In this document: one piece after another, positions 7,874-17,789 of the stretch
How the letters are laid out: each line of letters begins with the position of its first letter
Position numbering within the stretch: the stretch's first letter is position 1
IMG/VR virus record: IMGVR_UViG_3300039008_000077
Span: 4,189-68,188 of that record
Source: a virus
Length of the DNA stretch: 64,000 nucleotides
Strand: one strand, 5' to 3'
Notes under the pieces: model-generated
Told to the model about the DNA's origin: nothing
What the model saw: only the letters and a program-made list of their open reading frames with translations
Databases searched by the model: none
Position numbers and translations under genes: made by a program

Positions 7874-9196
7874 TTAGCCAAGGATGCCCTTGACACCGAA
7901 GATACGGAAGTACTTGTTGGCACGCAGGTTACCAATACCGCTTTGCGGAGTGTCTTCTGCGAACGGGTTCGCAACCATGCCGTAGCGGGTCTTGAACGCC
8001 ATGATCTGAGCCATGTTGCCCGGATCGGTAGCACGCAGTTGCGTGAGCGGTACGTACGGGCAGTAGAAGATACCAGCGTCGTATGCGTGGGAACCACGGT
8101 AACCAACGAGGCAGTAGTCTTCAACAGCGTACGGGTCAATGTAGACCTTGAGCCAGCCGTTGATGGTACCAGCAAACGTGTTGCCAGTGTCGTCAACTTT
8201 CAGACCGTCCGTCTTCATCAGCGGAGCGTAGTCCAGAACGCCAGCCATGCGCAGAGCAGCAGCAACGTTAGAGCTACACAGGGTGAAGTTACCCTTACCA
8301 CGACGAGTGTCTTTGGCGATCTGGTTGGCTTCCAGTTCGAGCTGAAGAACCATGCCCTTGATCTTTTCAGCAGACCAGCGACCATCAGCGTCCTGCTGAA
8401 GGTCAAAGTAACCAGCAGTCGTAATGTTTTCAGTCTGTGCACCCAGCTTAGCACGGGATACGATGGTACGGATGAACTCACGGTTGATTTCTGCGAGGAT
8501 TTCCGGGGCAAGGATGTTAGCCAGTTCGGCGTCAGCATCCAGACCGTGGATAGCCTTCAGGTCTTGGTAGAGTTCGAGAGAGTATTGAGCCTTGAGCTGA
8601 CGAGAACGAGCTTCAACAGAAGTCTTCTCGATGCTGAAGCCCATCTCGTTGTAGTTGTCGTCTTCCGCAGCAGCGGTAGTCATACCGTAACCGAACGAGA
8701 AGTCATCGGCCACGTTGTCGCCGGTACCAGCACCGATCAGGGTCGAAGCAGTCGTACCAGCGTCGTTAGAACCAGCAGAGCCAATCAGAGATGACGTGTC
8801 ACCACCGTGGATACCAGCACCAGAGAAGTCGGTGTCAGCTTCGTTGAACAGCGCTTCTGTTCCGCTCATGCTGTTGTAGCGAGACTTCATGGCGAAGATC
8901 AGGCCAGTAGGACCAGACATCGGCTGAACGCCACCCATGTCGAAGGCCAGAAGGTTAGGCATTGCACGGCGCACGAGGCTGATCAGGATTGGATCCCAGT
9001 TAGCAACACCGGCGTTAGCAACCGAGTTCGTCGGAGCTGCTTCGCCCAGCATAACACGCTGGCTAGACAGATCCGCCTTTTGGTTTTCAAGCATCTGAGC
9101 AACGACTGCCTTACGATCCGTGCGGATAGCAGGAGCATGTTCGCTGTCCAGAACCTTACCCCACTTTTCAATGAGGACTTGCGTAGTAGATTCCAT
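7874..9196 (-). CDS. gp23: Major capsid protein
   Basis: WDPILISLVRRAMPNL, GVQPMSGPTGLIFAMKSRY, EILAEINRE, GIFYCPYVPL, FKTRYGMVANPF. Confidence 0.99.
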   Translation of the reverse strand: MESTTQVLIEKWGKVLDSEHAPAIRTDRKAVVAQMLENQKADLSSQRVMLGEAAPTNSVANAGVANWDPILISLVRRAMPNLLAFDMGGVQPMSGPTGLIFAMKSRYNSMSGTEALFNEADTDFSGAGIHGGDTSSLIGSAGSNDAGTTASTLIGAGTGDNVADDFSFGYGMTTAAAEDDNYNEMGFSIEKTSVEARSRQLKAQYSLELYQDLKAIHGLDADAELANILAPEILAEINREFIRTIVSRAKLGAQTENITTAGYFDLQQDADGRWSAEKIKGMVLQLELEANQIAKDTRRGKGNFTLCSSNVAAALRMAGVLDYAPLMKTDGLKVDDTGNTFAGTINGWLKVYIDPYAVEDYCLVGYRGSHAYDAGIFYCPYVPLTQLRATDPGNMAQIMAFKTRYGMVANPFAEDTPQSGIGNLRANKYFRIFGVKGILG

Positions 9197-9238
9197 TTTC
9201 TTTTCTCCGAATGGTTTGTTTCTACAGGTTATGAACTA

Positions 9239-10711
9239 TTAGCGGTTTGTGAAATTCAGCACACTCAGGACATCATCCATATCGTCATGCTCAGAGATTT
9301 CTGTTGATTCAACCAGCGACTCTTCGGCCATTGTGGTTGGGGTTGCATTACCAAAGTGGAATTCTTTGAGATCAGCAACTGCACTAGCAAATTGATCCGC
9401 AGATTTAAAATCCACACTCTCTGCCAGCTTACGCAGCTTTGTCCCTTCGTTCATGCTAAGGTCAAAAGATGCTTCTGCAAGGGCCTTTTCACGCTTCAGC
9501 TCGATATTCTCCTTGCGGATTGCAACGGCTTGGCGAGACACCTTACGGATTTTTTGGTCACGCTCAGCGAGCGTAGACTCTAGTTCCTCAACAACATTGA
9601 CTTTACCTTCAGGCACTTCGATGTAATGTTCAGCGAACACACTACGGATGCCTGCTACGAAGGATTCCGACAGTTCGTTGCGAACGCCTTCTTGGATAGC
9701 AATGCGGTTTTCTTCGAAGAAGTTCTCAGCCATGTATCCCATGTAGTCATCGATCTTAGATGCATATGACTCATCAAGAAGCTTGATTTCTTCAGCGATA
9801 GCGAGGGATGCTTGTAATTCGATGTCAGCAGCGATAGCTTCGACCTTCGTGTTTACAGCAGATTCAAAGATAACACCGAGCTTAGTCAGGAAGTCATCAG
9901 AGAGAGATTCGTCAATCTGAGCCAGCTTAGCAATCTCTTCGCTCATGTCGAAGTTGAGTGCTTCCATGGCCTTCAGCTTAACGGCGCTTGCAAGATCGCC
10001 AGCCTGACGGTTCTGGTTGTTCTGAGACTGGTACTTCTTCACAAGGTCCATGATGGCCTTCGCTTGTGGCGGGGTCAACTTAGAGGTAGCATTGCCACCT
10101 TTCTTGATCGAATTAACCGAGTCTTCAGTAGAGGTGAACTTAGATTCTCCGGAATCGACAGAGTGTTTTGGAAGCTTCTTGGCTTTCGTTGCGGATGACT
10201 TGGGAGCAACCTGCTTATCTCCCGGAGAATTAGCCGGAACCTCAAGATTTTGCAAGGTACCCGCCCAAGCAGAATCAGAAGTAGCTTCTTTTACTTCCTC
10301 ATCATCTTCAACTTCTTCCTCTCCTTCACCTTCGAGATCTGCATCCAGCTCATCGCCTTCACCTTCAAGGTCTACATCCAGCTCATCGTCTTCACCGTCG
10401 CCCTCAAGGTCAAGTTCTTCACCGTCGCCCTCGTCGGAGCCAACCAGTTCTTCCAGCTCAGCCAGAAGGTCTTTTAGTTGGGAGACAACCTCAGCCGCAT
10501 CGTCGGCTTCCAGCTCATCAGATTCAACCTCGTCGTCGAAGTCTGGATCTTCCATGTCATCGACATCTTCGAGGTCTGAATCACCATCGAGGTCTACGTC
10601 CAGCTCATCGCCTTCGTCAGCACCGTAAACAGTGACATCGGCTTCATTTTCGTTGTTATCATCAGACGGATTAACGTCCATCAGGTCTTCTTCAGTATCT
10701 TCATCGTACAT
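9239..10711 (-). CDS. gp22: Prohead core (scaffold) protein with a long acidic N-terminal region
   Basis: C-terminal half has KIDDYMGYMAENFFEENRIAI, FAEHYIEVPEGK; lies between gp21 and gp23. Confidence 0.9.
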   Translation of the reverse strand: MYDEDTEEDLMDVNPSDDNNENEADVTVYGADEGDELDVDLDGDSDLEDVDDMEDPDFDDEVESDELEADDAAEVVSQLKDLLAELEELVGSDEGDGEELDLEGDGEDDELDVDLEGEGDELDADLEGEGEEEVEDDEEVKEATSDSAWAGTLQNLEVPANSPGDKQVAPKSSATKAKKLPKHSVDSGESKFTSTEDSVNSIKKGGNATSKLTPPQAKAIMDLVKKYQSQNNQNRQAGDLASAVKLKAMEALNFDMSEEIAKLAQIDESLSDDFLTKLGVIFESAVNTKVEAIAADIELQASLAIAEEIKLLDESYASKIDDYMGYMAENFFEENRIAIQEGVRNELSESFVAGIRSVFAEHYIEVPEGKVNVVEELESTLAERDQKIRKVSRQAVAIRKENIELKREKALAEASFDLSMNEGTKLRKLAESVDFKSADQFASAVADLKEFHFGNATPTTMAEESLVESTEISEHDDMDDVLSVLNFTNR

Positions 10712-10725
10712 TCGTTTTGCTCCTG

Positions 10726-11370
10726 TTAGCGAGAAATTCCAGAGAGGAACTTCTTAGCGGCAGCGAGCATACGCTCTTCACTTACCACCTGTTCTGTCTC
10801 CGCTTGTTCTTCAATGCTCTTAGGCAGAATGATACCGCTCTCGTCTTTGAACCACTCAACGCCTTCCAGAATCCCATTAACAAAAGCAGAATGGGCGCTC
10901 GGGTCTTGGACAATATCAACGGTATTCAAGAAGAAATCTTCCCCAACGTAGGAACAATCTTCAGACTGCGTAAGGCTACCCATACCACGAGATGAGACGC
11001 CAAGTTGAACACCACCGTCGAGCAGGTCTTTTACAATACGACCACACGGAGTATTCAGGATTTGGGCCTTTCCGTACACATCATCGCCGTCCCATCTCAG
11101 GTCGTCGATTTTGTGCGAAACTCTATCGAGATTTACTGTCGGTCCTTCTGGGTGATCCAGTTCCCCAACGGCACGTCCCTTGGAAACTTGCTCAGTGACA
11201 TACTTGTCTACGGCAGATTCCAGAATGTTTCTTTTATATACACGTCCGTTACGATTCTTTTTCTCGGACTGCATAAAAATGCCTTCGATGAAGTACTTCT
11301 TCTCACCGGTCTTTGCATCCGATTCTGTCAGCAGTTCGATGTCTGCACTATGCTCGGTGATGAGTTTCAT
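10726..11370 (-). CDS. gp21: Prohead protease
   Basis: MKLITE start, IEGIFMQSEKKNRNGRVY, GELDHP, GVSSRGMGSL, DIVQDPSA. Confidence 0.97.
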   Translation of the reverse strand: MKLITEHSADIELLTESDAKTGEKKYFIEGIFMQSEKKNRNGRVYKRNILESAVDKYVTEQVSKGRAVGELDHPEGPTVNLDRVSHKIDDLRWDGDDVYGKAQILNTPCGRIVKDLLDGGVQLGVSSRGMGSLTQSEDCSYVGEDFFLNTVDIVQDPSAHSAFVNGILEGVEWFKDESGIILPKSIEEQAETEQVVSEERMLAAAKKFLSGISR

Positions 11371-11371
11371 C

Positions 11372-11542
11372 TTAGGACTTCTTTCCAAAAAAATCTTTGG
11401 CTACTTTGACACGCTCTTGGTCAAGAAGGGGTGCGGCCTTGTGTGCGAAGATATCATTCATGGCATCTTCAGCACGATCATAGCGCTCATCCTTGATGGC
11501 ATCGAGCAGGTCAGCTGAACGTTGTTTAGTGTATTCGGACAT
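11372..11542 (-). CDS. Small prohead core protein (gp67/gp68-position); not in the ORF track
   Basis: Manual translation MSEYTKQRSADLLDAIKDERYDRAEDAMNDIFAHKAAPLLDQERVKVAKDFFGKKS (56 aa), directly behind a late promoter and in front of gp21. Confidence 0.8.
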   Translation of the reverse strand: MSEYTKQRSADLLDAIKDERYDRAEDAMNDIFAHKAAPLLDQERVKVAKDFFGKKS

Positions 11543-11565
11543 AATCTATCCTCTCAATCTGGAAG

Positions 11566-11573
11566 TATTTATA
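11566..11573 (-). promoter_or_regulatory. T4-type late promoter (prohead core, gp21, gp22)
   Basis: Exact TATAAATA. Confidence 0.85.
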
Positions 11574-11586
11574 CAAAGTTGTTTTT

Positions 11587-13608
11587 CTAGGAGGGGTACT
11601 TAGGATGATTTTTACCAGTGATTTGTTTGTACATTCGACCAATACTTCTTCTCCTTAAATTGCCAGTAAATGTTCCCGCATCTTTTCCAAAATGGAACAT
11701 CCAGAAGGCACCAACAGCATCATACTCGCCGCTGTTGCTTTGGCCAAAATCTGGATAGTCATCGGGGTCAGTCATATCAAAAAGGTCATAGTCCAGAGCT
11801 ATCTGGATCGCCAGTTTGATATTAGGGTTTCCGTTATCGTCGTTGATATCGTCATGACGAATAATGTCATCAATCTCACCCTTATCTGTAAGGATGTAGA
11901 AGTCGTTGTATGCAAACGAGCTTTGTCCCATGTTAGCGGAGATTTCCATATCGATTCTACCACGCTGTGCATGGGTGTTTTCCTCAAGATACTCGTAGAG
12001 TTCTTTAGTCATATCATAGAAGAGGCTGTCGAAATGGGGGGTATCAAAGATGCTGAGATTCTTAACCTTACTGAAGTCCCCGCCGATCTTCTCCACGGCT
12101 TCGTCTAGGGAATCATCCATACCTCGCAAACCTTCATAGAGGCGAGTATAGAACGCCGTGGTGTCTACACTATCTCCAAATATCTTTTGGAAGTTACTTT
12201 TAGCGCCAGACCACGTGTTATTGGTATAGAACATGTAGAATACTTCACGCTTGAAATCATCTACACGGTCGTCTTCGGTTATGTCCCATTCATCATCGCC
12301 ATGTTCATCAACATATTCTTGGAGACATCTTTCTACATTTTCATGCAGCCCGTCTTCAGCCTGTCTGTAGACATCCGAAACATCATATCCCGGTTTCGTA
12401 ATAATATCATCGCCATCGACCGATTGAATTTCGGTATAGTTCAGTTCGATGTTTTCACGGAGCCACTCTTCAAATTCGCCCCCAGACACAGTTCCATCAA
12501 CCCATCCACGATATACAATGTCGCCAGACTCACCAACCATGAAGCCGGGCTTCACATCTAGAATGCGTTTTTGCTGTTCTTCAGTGAAATGATCCCACAT
12601 CCAGTTTTCGCCCTCTTCCCAACGAGCTCTGCCAATGCCATCAACTTCGGGGAGGAGGCACAAGTCAACGAGCTTATCGCCGTACTTCCCGTGAGGAGTG
12701 GTGTTACCTCGCCCCTTGATCTCGCCAAGAAGCCCATCATCCTCTAGGACAGCCGTGATGTGTGGATAACGATACCAATCTTTGCCCACCTTCTTCAGAG
12801 TAGACAGGGAGTACACATTGTCATTTGTATCGGAGCGTGGAGAGTTACCACAGTGACCGGCAGCATCACCTTCAAGAGAACAGGACGGACGCTGTAGGTC
12901 AAACCAGTACATCTTCTCTGACTTGTAGGCAATGATAATTTTATCGCCAGCATCTTCATCTACGGGAGCCCAGCCCTTCAGCTGCTTCTTGTAATCCTCG
13001 TAGATGTCTTCAAGCTCACGTTTCAGATAGGTGTAAGTTAACTTGGGGTCCCATACGAAATCGAGGATAGGCTTGATTCCGGTTTCGAGATACCGCAAGA
13101 GATTGCCAAGCATCTGTTTAATACGAAGTGGGGTGTATCTTCCTCCGGTTCCAAATGCAGTATATTCTTGCTCTACAGAATCTCTGCCCTGAGTCTTCTG
13201 AAGCTTCTTCATAAAGTTCATCTTGGAGAAGACATTTTTGAAAAGCTCAGCGGACATTTGGTCGGGGGTGAACCGCTTACCCTTATACCAAGTTTCAGTA
13301 GTAGAGCCCACAGAGCACAATAGATGGAACTTCAGAAACTTGATGGCCCATACAACCCGGTCTTCACGTTCAAAGTTATCTTGAATCTGGGGTGCTTCCT
13401 CTTGCAAAACACCTACCACCTTAGAGATTACGTTGTTGAGATTGTTCCCAACTTCGGCCTCTGGGTCTAGCTCTTTGATAGCATTATGTATGGCATTATT
13501 AAGCGCATCCCGATCAAAATCGGTGATCATGGCCTTCACATCGGCCTTCTCTTCAAGGTATTCTTCGTAGAGGACGCTATTGATATCCTCAAAGAGCAGG
13601 TGAGACAT
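11587..13608 (-). CDS. Large hypothetical protein with a PcfJ-like central motif; candidate internal head protein
   Basis: SCSLEGDAAGHCGN...VYSL...PHIT...EIKGRGNTTP motif; N-terminal LYEEYLEE; translationally coupled to the portal gene. Confidence 0.6.
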   Translation of the reverse strand: MSHLLFEDINSVLYEEYLEEKADVKAMITDFDRDALNNAIHNAIKELDPEAEVGNNLNNVISKVVGVLQEEAPQIQDNFEREDRVVWAIKFLKFHLLCSVGSTTETWYKGKRFTPDQMSAELFKNVFSKMNFMKKLQKTQGRDSVEQEYTAFGTGGRYTPLRIKQMLGNLLRYLETGIKPILDFVWDPKLTYTYLKRELEDIYEDYKKQLKGWAPVDEDAGDKIIIAYKSEKMYWFDLQRPSCSLEGDAAGHCGNSPRSDTNDNVYSLSTLKKVGKDWYRYPHITAVLEDDGLLGEIKGRGNTTPHGKYGDKLVDLCLLPEVDGIGRARWEEGENWMWDHFTEEQQKRILDVKPGFMVGESGDIVYRGWVDGTVSGGEFEEWLRENIELNYTEIQSVDGDDIITKPGYDVSDVYRQAEDGLHENVERCLQEYVDEHGDDEWDITEDDRVDDFKREVFYMFYTNNTWSGAKSNFQKIFGDSVDTTAFYTRLYEGLRGMDDSLDEAVEKIGGDFSKVKNLSIFDTPHFDSLFYDMTKELYEYLEENTHAQRGRIDMEISANMGQSSFAYNDFYILTDKGEIDDIIRHDDINDDNGNPNIKLAIQIALDYDLFDMTDPDDYPDFGQSNSGEYDAVGAFWMFHFGKDAGTFTGNLRRRSIGRMYKQITGKNHPKYPS

Positions 13609-15431
13609 TATTGATTCTCGTTCTCTAGATCAAACTCGTCTTCTTCATCGCCAAGGTCTTCGCCTTCTTCGGCGTCTGCACCAAGCTCGGTGGCAGCGCC
13701 TTCAGGATCGCCAAGGTCATCACCGAACTCGTCGCCACCGAATTCACCGCCTTCGGAATCTAGGCCAAGGTCGCCTTCAAAGCCCCCTTCGGCTCCTCCC
13801 CCACCTTCGCCACCGCCAAATCCTTCAACGTCATCACGCTCAGGATTCGGGAGACCATCGTTGTTAAGAGCCTCGGCCCGAATCTGATCCTTGATCTCAC
13901 GGATTTCTTCTTCGGTCTGGTGTAGGATATGCTTGCGGACATACTCTTTAGAGTAGTAGGTACCAATGTGCTCAGATGCAGAGTTCAGCGTCTCGATACG
14001 CTCACGCAGAATCTCGGCTTCCTTCAGTTCAGAGAAGAAGTTGTCACGGGCATAGTCAAAGATGATACGATCTTTGATCTTGTCCCATTCGTTCTCTTTG
14101 AGAACGTTCTTCAGAATCAGATGGGAGCGCAGAGCCTGACGGAACAGGTCAGAGAACTTGATGCGCAGGCTATCGATGAACTTCTGGAAGCGGACTTCAT
14201 CACGGTCAATCTCAGAAGCCCGCCCAAGATTAAACGCAGAACCTTCAATGCTATCCATTCGGCTATACGGAACCTTCATGGACTTAAGCATTTCACGCTT
14301 GAAGTATATGATATCTTCGATCTCACCAAGGTTTTGTCCGCCCGGCAGATTGGAGACTTCTGTCCCCTTGCCATTTTGCCTTGGGAGCCAGAAGTCTTCA
14401 AGCATATGCATGTGACGACGATCTTGCTTGGTTGTGCCGGTCTCTGGATCGTAGCTCAGCTTGTTGCGGTACTTCTGCATAATGCTGGCAAGATACTTCT
14501 GGCCTTGGGCCTTCGGCATATCACCAATGTCAACGTAGAAGATACGGCGCTCAGGAGCACGAGAGAGACGGTAGATAACCAGAGCATCTTCCATCATACG
14601 GAGCTGGTTGATATAGCGCAGAGATGTGTGCAGATGTGAGAGGGAGAATCGACGGCTCGGGTCCATCTGACCAGAGGTCACATAGCTCACAGCATCCTTG
14701 GCGATCTTCAGGCCTTGTACAGCCTGTCCGCCGCCAGATCCACCAGTTTGTTGAGAGTTGTTGTTAGCTACGAACCCATCATCAGAATATACAAAATATT
14801 CATCCCACCCAGCGATCATCTTCGCACCGCTACGGGGATCTTGTTCTTCAACGACTTCCTTGATCCGTTGAATTTTGAGTGGATTGATTGGTCGCATTTC
14901 AATCACGCCACGTTTCGGATTGTTCAGGTCGATAACGTTGTGGTATGCTATGCGCCCGTCCACATACCAGCGGCGGATGATGTCGTGTCCATATTTGCGG
15001 AAATCGATAAGATTCAGGATGTGCTCAAACTCTTCCTGAATCTTCTTTTTAACGCCCTTTTCCATCTCATCGATATGGTCAAGGTTCAGTGTAACCGGCT
15101 GGTCCTCATCGTTAGCAACGACCACTTCATTGACGATTTCATCAATGGCCCGGTCAACTTCTGGATTCATGGCAGCATTACGGTATTTTACGATAAGATC
15201 ACGGTCATTTACAAAGTGATCTCCACGCACATCGATACCATGACCGAAGACAGCCCCAGCCGTGGTAACAATCGCACTCTCCGACTCTTCAAGAGGAGGT
15301 ACGAAGGATGATGCTTTTTCGTTATCAGGAGCATCATTTTTATCAATGATCTCATAACCAAAGAACTGGAAATCCTTAGCTCTTTGCTTTTCTTCTGATG
15401 AGAACGGTGAGCCTGTAATCTCTTGCATCAT
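13608..15431 (-). CDS. gp20: Portal protein
   Basis: NQLRMMEDALVIYRLSRAPERRIFYVDIG, EDFWLPR, LPGGQNLGEIEDI, RDEVRFQKFI. Confidence 0.98.
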   Translation of the reverse strand: MMQEITGSPFSSEEKQRAKDFQFFGYEIIDKNDAPDNEKASSFVPPLEESESAIVTTAGAVFGHGIDVRGDHFVNDRDLIVKYRNAAMNPEVDRAIDEIVNEVVVANDEDQPVTLNLDHIDEMEKGVKKKIQEEFEHILNLIDFRKYGHDIIRRWYVDGRIAYHNVIDLNNPKRGVIEMRPINPLKIQRIKEVVEEQDPRSGAKMIAGWDEYFVYSDDGFVANNNSQQTGGSGGGQAVQGLKIAKDAVSYVTSGQMDPSRRFSLSHLHTSLRYINQLRMMEDALVIYRLSRAPERRIFYVDIGDMPKAQGQKYLASIMQKYRNKLSYDPETGTTKQDRRHMHMLEDFWLPRQNGKGTEVSNLPGGQNLGEIEDIIYFKREMLKSMKVPYSRMDSIEGSAFNLGRASEIDRDEVRFQKFIDSLRIKFSDLFRQALRSHLILKNVLKENEWDKIKDRIIFDYARDNFFSELKEAEILRERIETLNSASEHIGTYYSKEYVRKHILHQTEEEIREIKDQIRAEALNNDGLPNPERDDVEGFGGGEGGGGAEGGFEGDLGLDSEGGEFGGDEFGDDLGDPEGAATELGADAEEGEDLGDEEDEFDLENENQ

Positions 15432-15446
15432 ATTACCCTAAATTAA

Positions 15447-15487
15447 ATAAACCGGTAGCCTTGACTATTTATAGGCTACCGGTTTAT
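15447..15487 (-). terminator. 14-bp hairpin after gp19 with a late promoter in its loop
   Basis: ATAAACCGGTAGCC / GGCTACCGGTTTAT; the 13-nt loop contains TATAAATA (15473-15466). Confidence 0.75.
15466..15473 (-). promoter_or_regulatory. T4-type late promoter (portal)
   Basis: Exact TATAAATA 35 nt upstream of gp20. Confidence 0.85.
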
Positions 15488-15494
15488 GTATTAA

Positions 15495-16010
15495 TTAAGC
15501 CTCTGTCCAGTAGAGGAATCGGAACGTAGATTCAAATGTTTCGATTTGGTCACCAGATTCGTTGTCCAGAGAAATCTCACCTACAGTCTGAGGATAAGCT
15601 CCATGGAGCTTATATCGCTTCAGAACCTCACCCTCGGCCAGACCAAGCTGTTCTACGATGATGTCAGAGAACCAGCTGTCGATGGGCTGGTCAGAGCTGT
15701 TCGTAGCGTTATCATTAATACCGTTGTGCCATGCCACGAGAGCATTGCGTACAGAAAAATCAATGTCATTGAGAACAGTGACATTCCATGGTTCAAATGT
15801 CTTATCACCCGGATAAGGAATTTGACGGCCACGGAAGGCTACGTTAATCTCGCCAGATTGTACACCGGGCATAGAAGCTGCCTTAACCATGAAGCTGGTC
15901 TCTTCTGTATCTCCCCCAGCATAGCCGGGGAAGCTGATGAGTACACGGAATCGGTTTGGGCGAGCCCCGCCGGAAAATTTGGCTTTAAAGTCATTTACAT
16001 CAAGAGACAT
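15495..16010 (-). CDS. gp19: Tail tube protein
   Basis: GGARPNRFRV, FRGRQIPYPGDKTFEPWNVTVLNDIDF, QIETFESTFRFLYW. Confidence 0.97.
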   Translation of the reverse strand: MSLDVNDFKAKFSGGARPNRFRVLISFPGYAGGDTEETSFMVKAASMPGVQSGEINVAFRGRQIPYPGDKTFEPWNVTVLNDIDFSVRNALVAWHNGINDNATNSSDQPIDSWFSDIIVEQLGLAEGEVLKRYKLHGAYPQTVGEISLDNESGDQIETFESTFRFLYWTEA

Positions 16011-16015
16011 TAGAA

Positions 16016-17707
16016 TTACCCTCCCGTAACTTCATTAAAATCAACACCAGTGCGGGTAGCAATGAAGTTGAGTTGAATATAATTGATAGAACGTGCAGGC
16101 TTGATATAAATATCGCCCACAAATTCATTGCGATCAATCACGTCACCAGTATTATTGGTGTCGTCACAGACCACTGCGAAATCAGTGATACCCCTGCGCC
16201 CCTTGACAGTGCGCAGGAACGGCTCAACGAGGTTCACGAACTGCGCACGAGTGTACACATCGTTGAATTCGAAGAGGGTGCTGCGAGAAGCCTGAGAGAT
16301 AGCCTTTTCAAGCGCAATAAACAGGCGACGGACATTAATGCGGTCAAAGGCAGAAGGACGGCCAAGGTGAGTCTTATCACCGTACAGGATCGTTCCTTCC
16401 CCGGGGAAGGTCACAACAGGGTTAATACCACGCTTGTACAGGTCGTCCCGATCAGCTTGTGATGGGTTGTAGTACAGCTTCGTGACTCCACGAAGTTGAC
16501 CACGACGCAAACCAGCCGGAGAGTACCAAGCACCAACAGTGCGATCCGTGTCAGCCGTTAGGCCAGCAACAGAAGAGCATGCTGGAATGTTGACATATGT
16601 GTCATTGTACTTATCATATACCTTAAGTCGTGCAGAGTCGATGAAGGCATAAGAGCTATAGGTTAGGCTGTCGGCAAATGTAAGAATCGCAGCCTTGTCA
16701 TCTCCCGAAACGGGAGAGATAAAAGCAACACAGTCCTTACGAGCTTCCGCAATAGAGATGATGTGGTTAGCCACAGTTACAGCAATACCGGAAGCAAGAT
16801 CAGGAGCGATCAGCAGAGAAATGTCAACGGTTGCAGAATCTGCAAACAGATCCCAACCGCCAGTGTACGTACCAGCGACGAATGCACCGCTGTCGTCACC
16901 GCCAGACAGAGACGTATCAACCACACCGGAAGCAGGAGTTACTGCATAGTCTAGTGCACCAGTGGTAGCAGAACCGGCATTGGCAAAGTTGGTGTCGTCA
17001 ACAGCAGCAAAGCGGATGTACTGAGATGTGTTGTTGATCACGTCAACATAGTACAGGCTAGAACCGTCAGCAGCCTTGGCATCAGATGCTTGAGACAGGA
17101 ACTGGAAGCGTTCCAGAACCGTACCCTGAACACCACTGAACAGGCCGTCTTCGTCGATCACAGCGATGTGGATTTCATCGTTGCTAGAGCCGAAGCGAGC
17201 AGCATAAGCAGACGTACCCGGTGCACCATCGAAATTAGAACCGTATGTCCAGTTTCCAAAGTTAGTTGCGGTCGTGGATGCATCTGTTTTGAATCCAAAG
17301 ACGGAAACTTTCAGGGAATTGCCCAATGCACCCGGAAAACGGGCAAGGAAGTGACCATGGTTAGCAAAAACAAACGTGGCGTCATCATAGGCATCGTCAT
17401 TATTGACGGTCAGGTCAGTAGCGCCCCCGGCATTGGCAGAATTGCCGCCGTTGTTCGCACGCACAACACGTAGGTCACGAGAATATTTGAGAAAATAAGC
17501 AGCGGTGTGAAAGTCAACGGCCTCTGAGGCGCTAGGAGCGCCAAACTTAGATGCAAGATCGGTTTCGGACTCGACAGCGGTGATTTCATTAACCGGACCC
17601 CACCTAAAGTTACCAACAAAAGCGCCGGTAGCCGTGCTTACAGGTGCAATGGAGCTGGTGTTATCGATTTCCGATACATTTACTCCGGCAGAAAGAAGAA
17701 AAGTCAT
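16016..17707 (-). CDS. gp18: Tail sheath protein
   Basis: WYSPAGLRRG, RDDLYKRGINPVV, AFDRINVRRLF, IYIKPARSINYIQLNFIATRTGVDF. Confidence 0.98.
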   Translation of the reverse strand: MTFLLSAGVNVSEIDNTSSIAPVSTATGAFVGNFRWGPVNEITAVESETDLASKFGAPSASEAVDFHTAAYFLKYSRDLRVVRANNGGNSANAGGATDLTVNNDDAYDDATFVFANHGHFLARFPGALGNSLKVSVFGFKTDASTTATNFGNWTYGSNFDGAPGTSAYAARFGSSNDEIHIAVIDEDGLFSGVQGTVLERFQFLSQASDAKAADGSSLYYVDVINNTSQYIRFAAVDDTNFANAGSATTGALDYAVTPASGVVDTSLSGGDDSGAFVAGTYTGGWDLFADSATVDISLLIAPDLASGIAVTVANHIISIAEARKDCVAFISPVSGDDKAAILTFADSLTYSSYAFIDSARLKVYDKYNDTYVNIPACSSVAGLTADTDRTVGAWYSPAGLRRGQLRGVTKLYYNPSQADRDDLYKRGINPVVTFPGEGTILYGDKTHLGRPSAFDRINVRRLFIALEKAISQASRSTLFEFNDVYTRAQFVNLVEPFLRTVKGRRGITDFAVVCDDTNNTGDVIDRNEFVGDIYIKPARSINYIQLNFIATRTGVDFNEVTGG

Positions 17708-17762
17708 ATTACCCTCTTAGAGAAGAATTATAAGCGAACATGGCAAGGATTTCACTCGGAGA

Positions 17763-17770
17763 TATTTATG
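17763..17770 (-). promoter_or_regulatory. Late promoter variant (gp18)
   Basis: CATAAATA, one mismatch from consensus, 56 nt upstream of gp18. Confidence 0.65.
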
Positions 17771-17789
17771 TAAAAGGAGGTCTCTATGA

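Noticed and set aside
8490-8525. Proline in the gp23 helix NILAPEILAEINRE
   Set aside because: Unusual at this position, but a single base could be natural variation or a sequencing error; this cannot be resolved without reads.
7943-9307. Long plus-strand ORFs opposite gp23 (283 aa, 166 aa)
   Set aside because: Antisense shadows expected from the biased codon usage of a highly expressed gene; no ribosome-binding site, promoter or motif.
10050-10628. Ser-rich plus-strand ORF and repetitive DNA
   Set aside because: Reverse reading of the acidic gp22 N-terminus; the repeats are degenerate coding repeats, not CRISPR or a separate gene.
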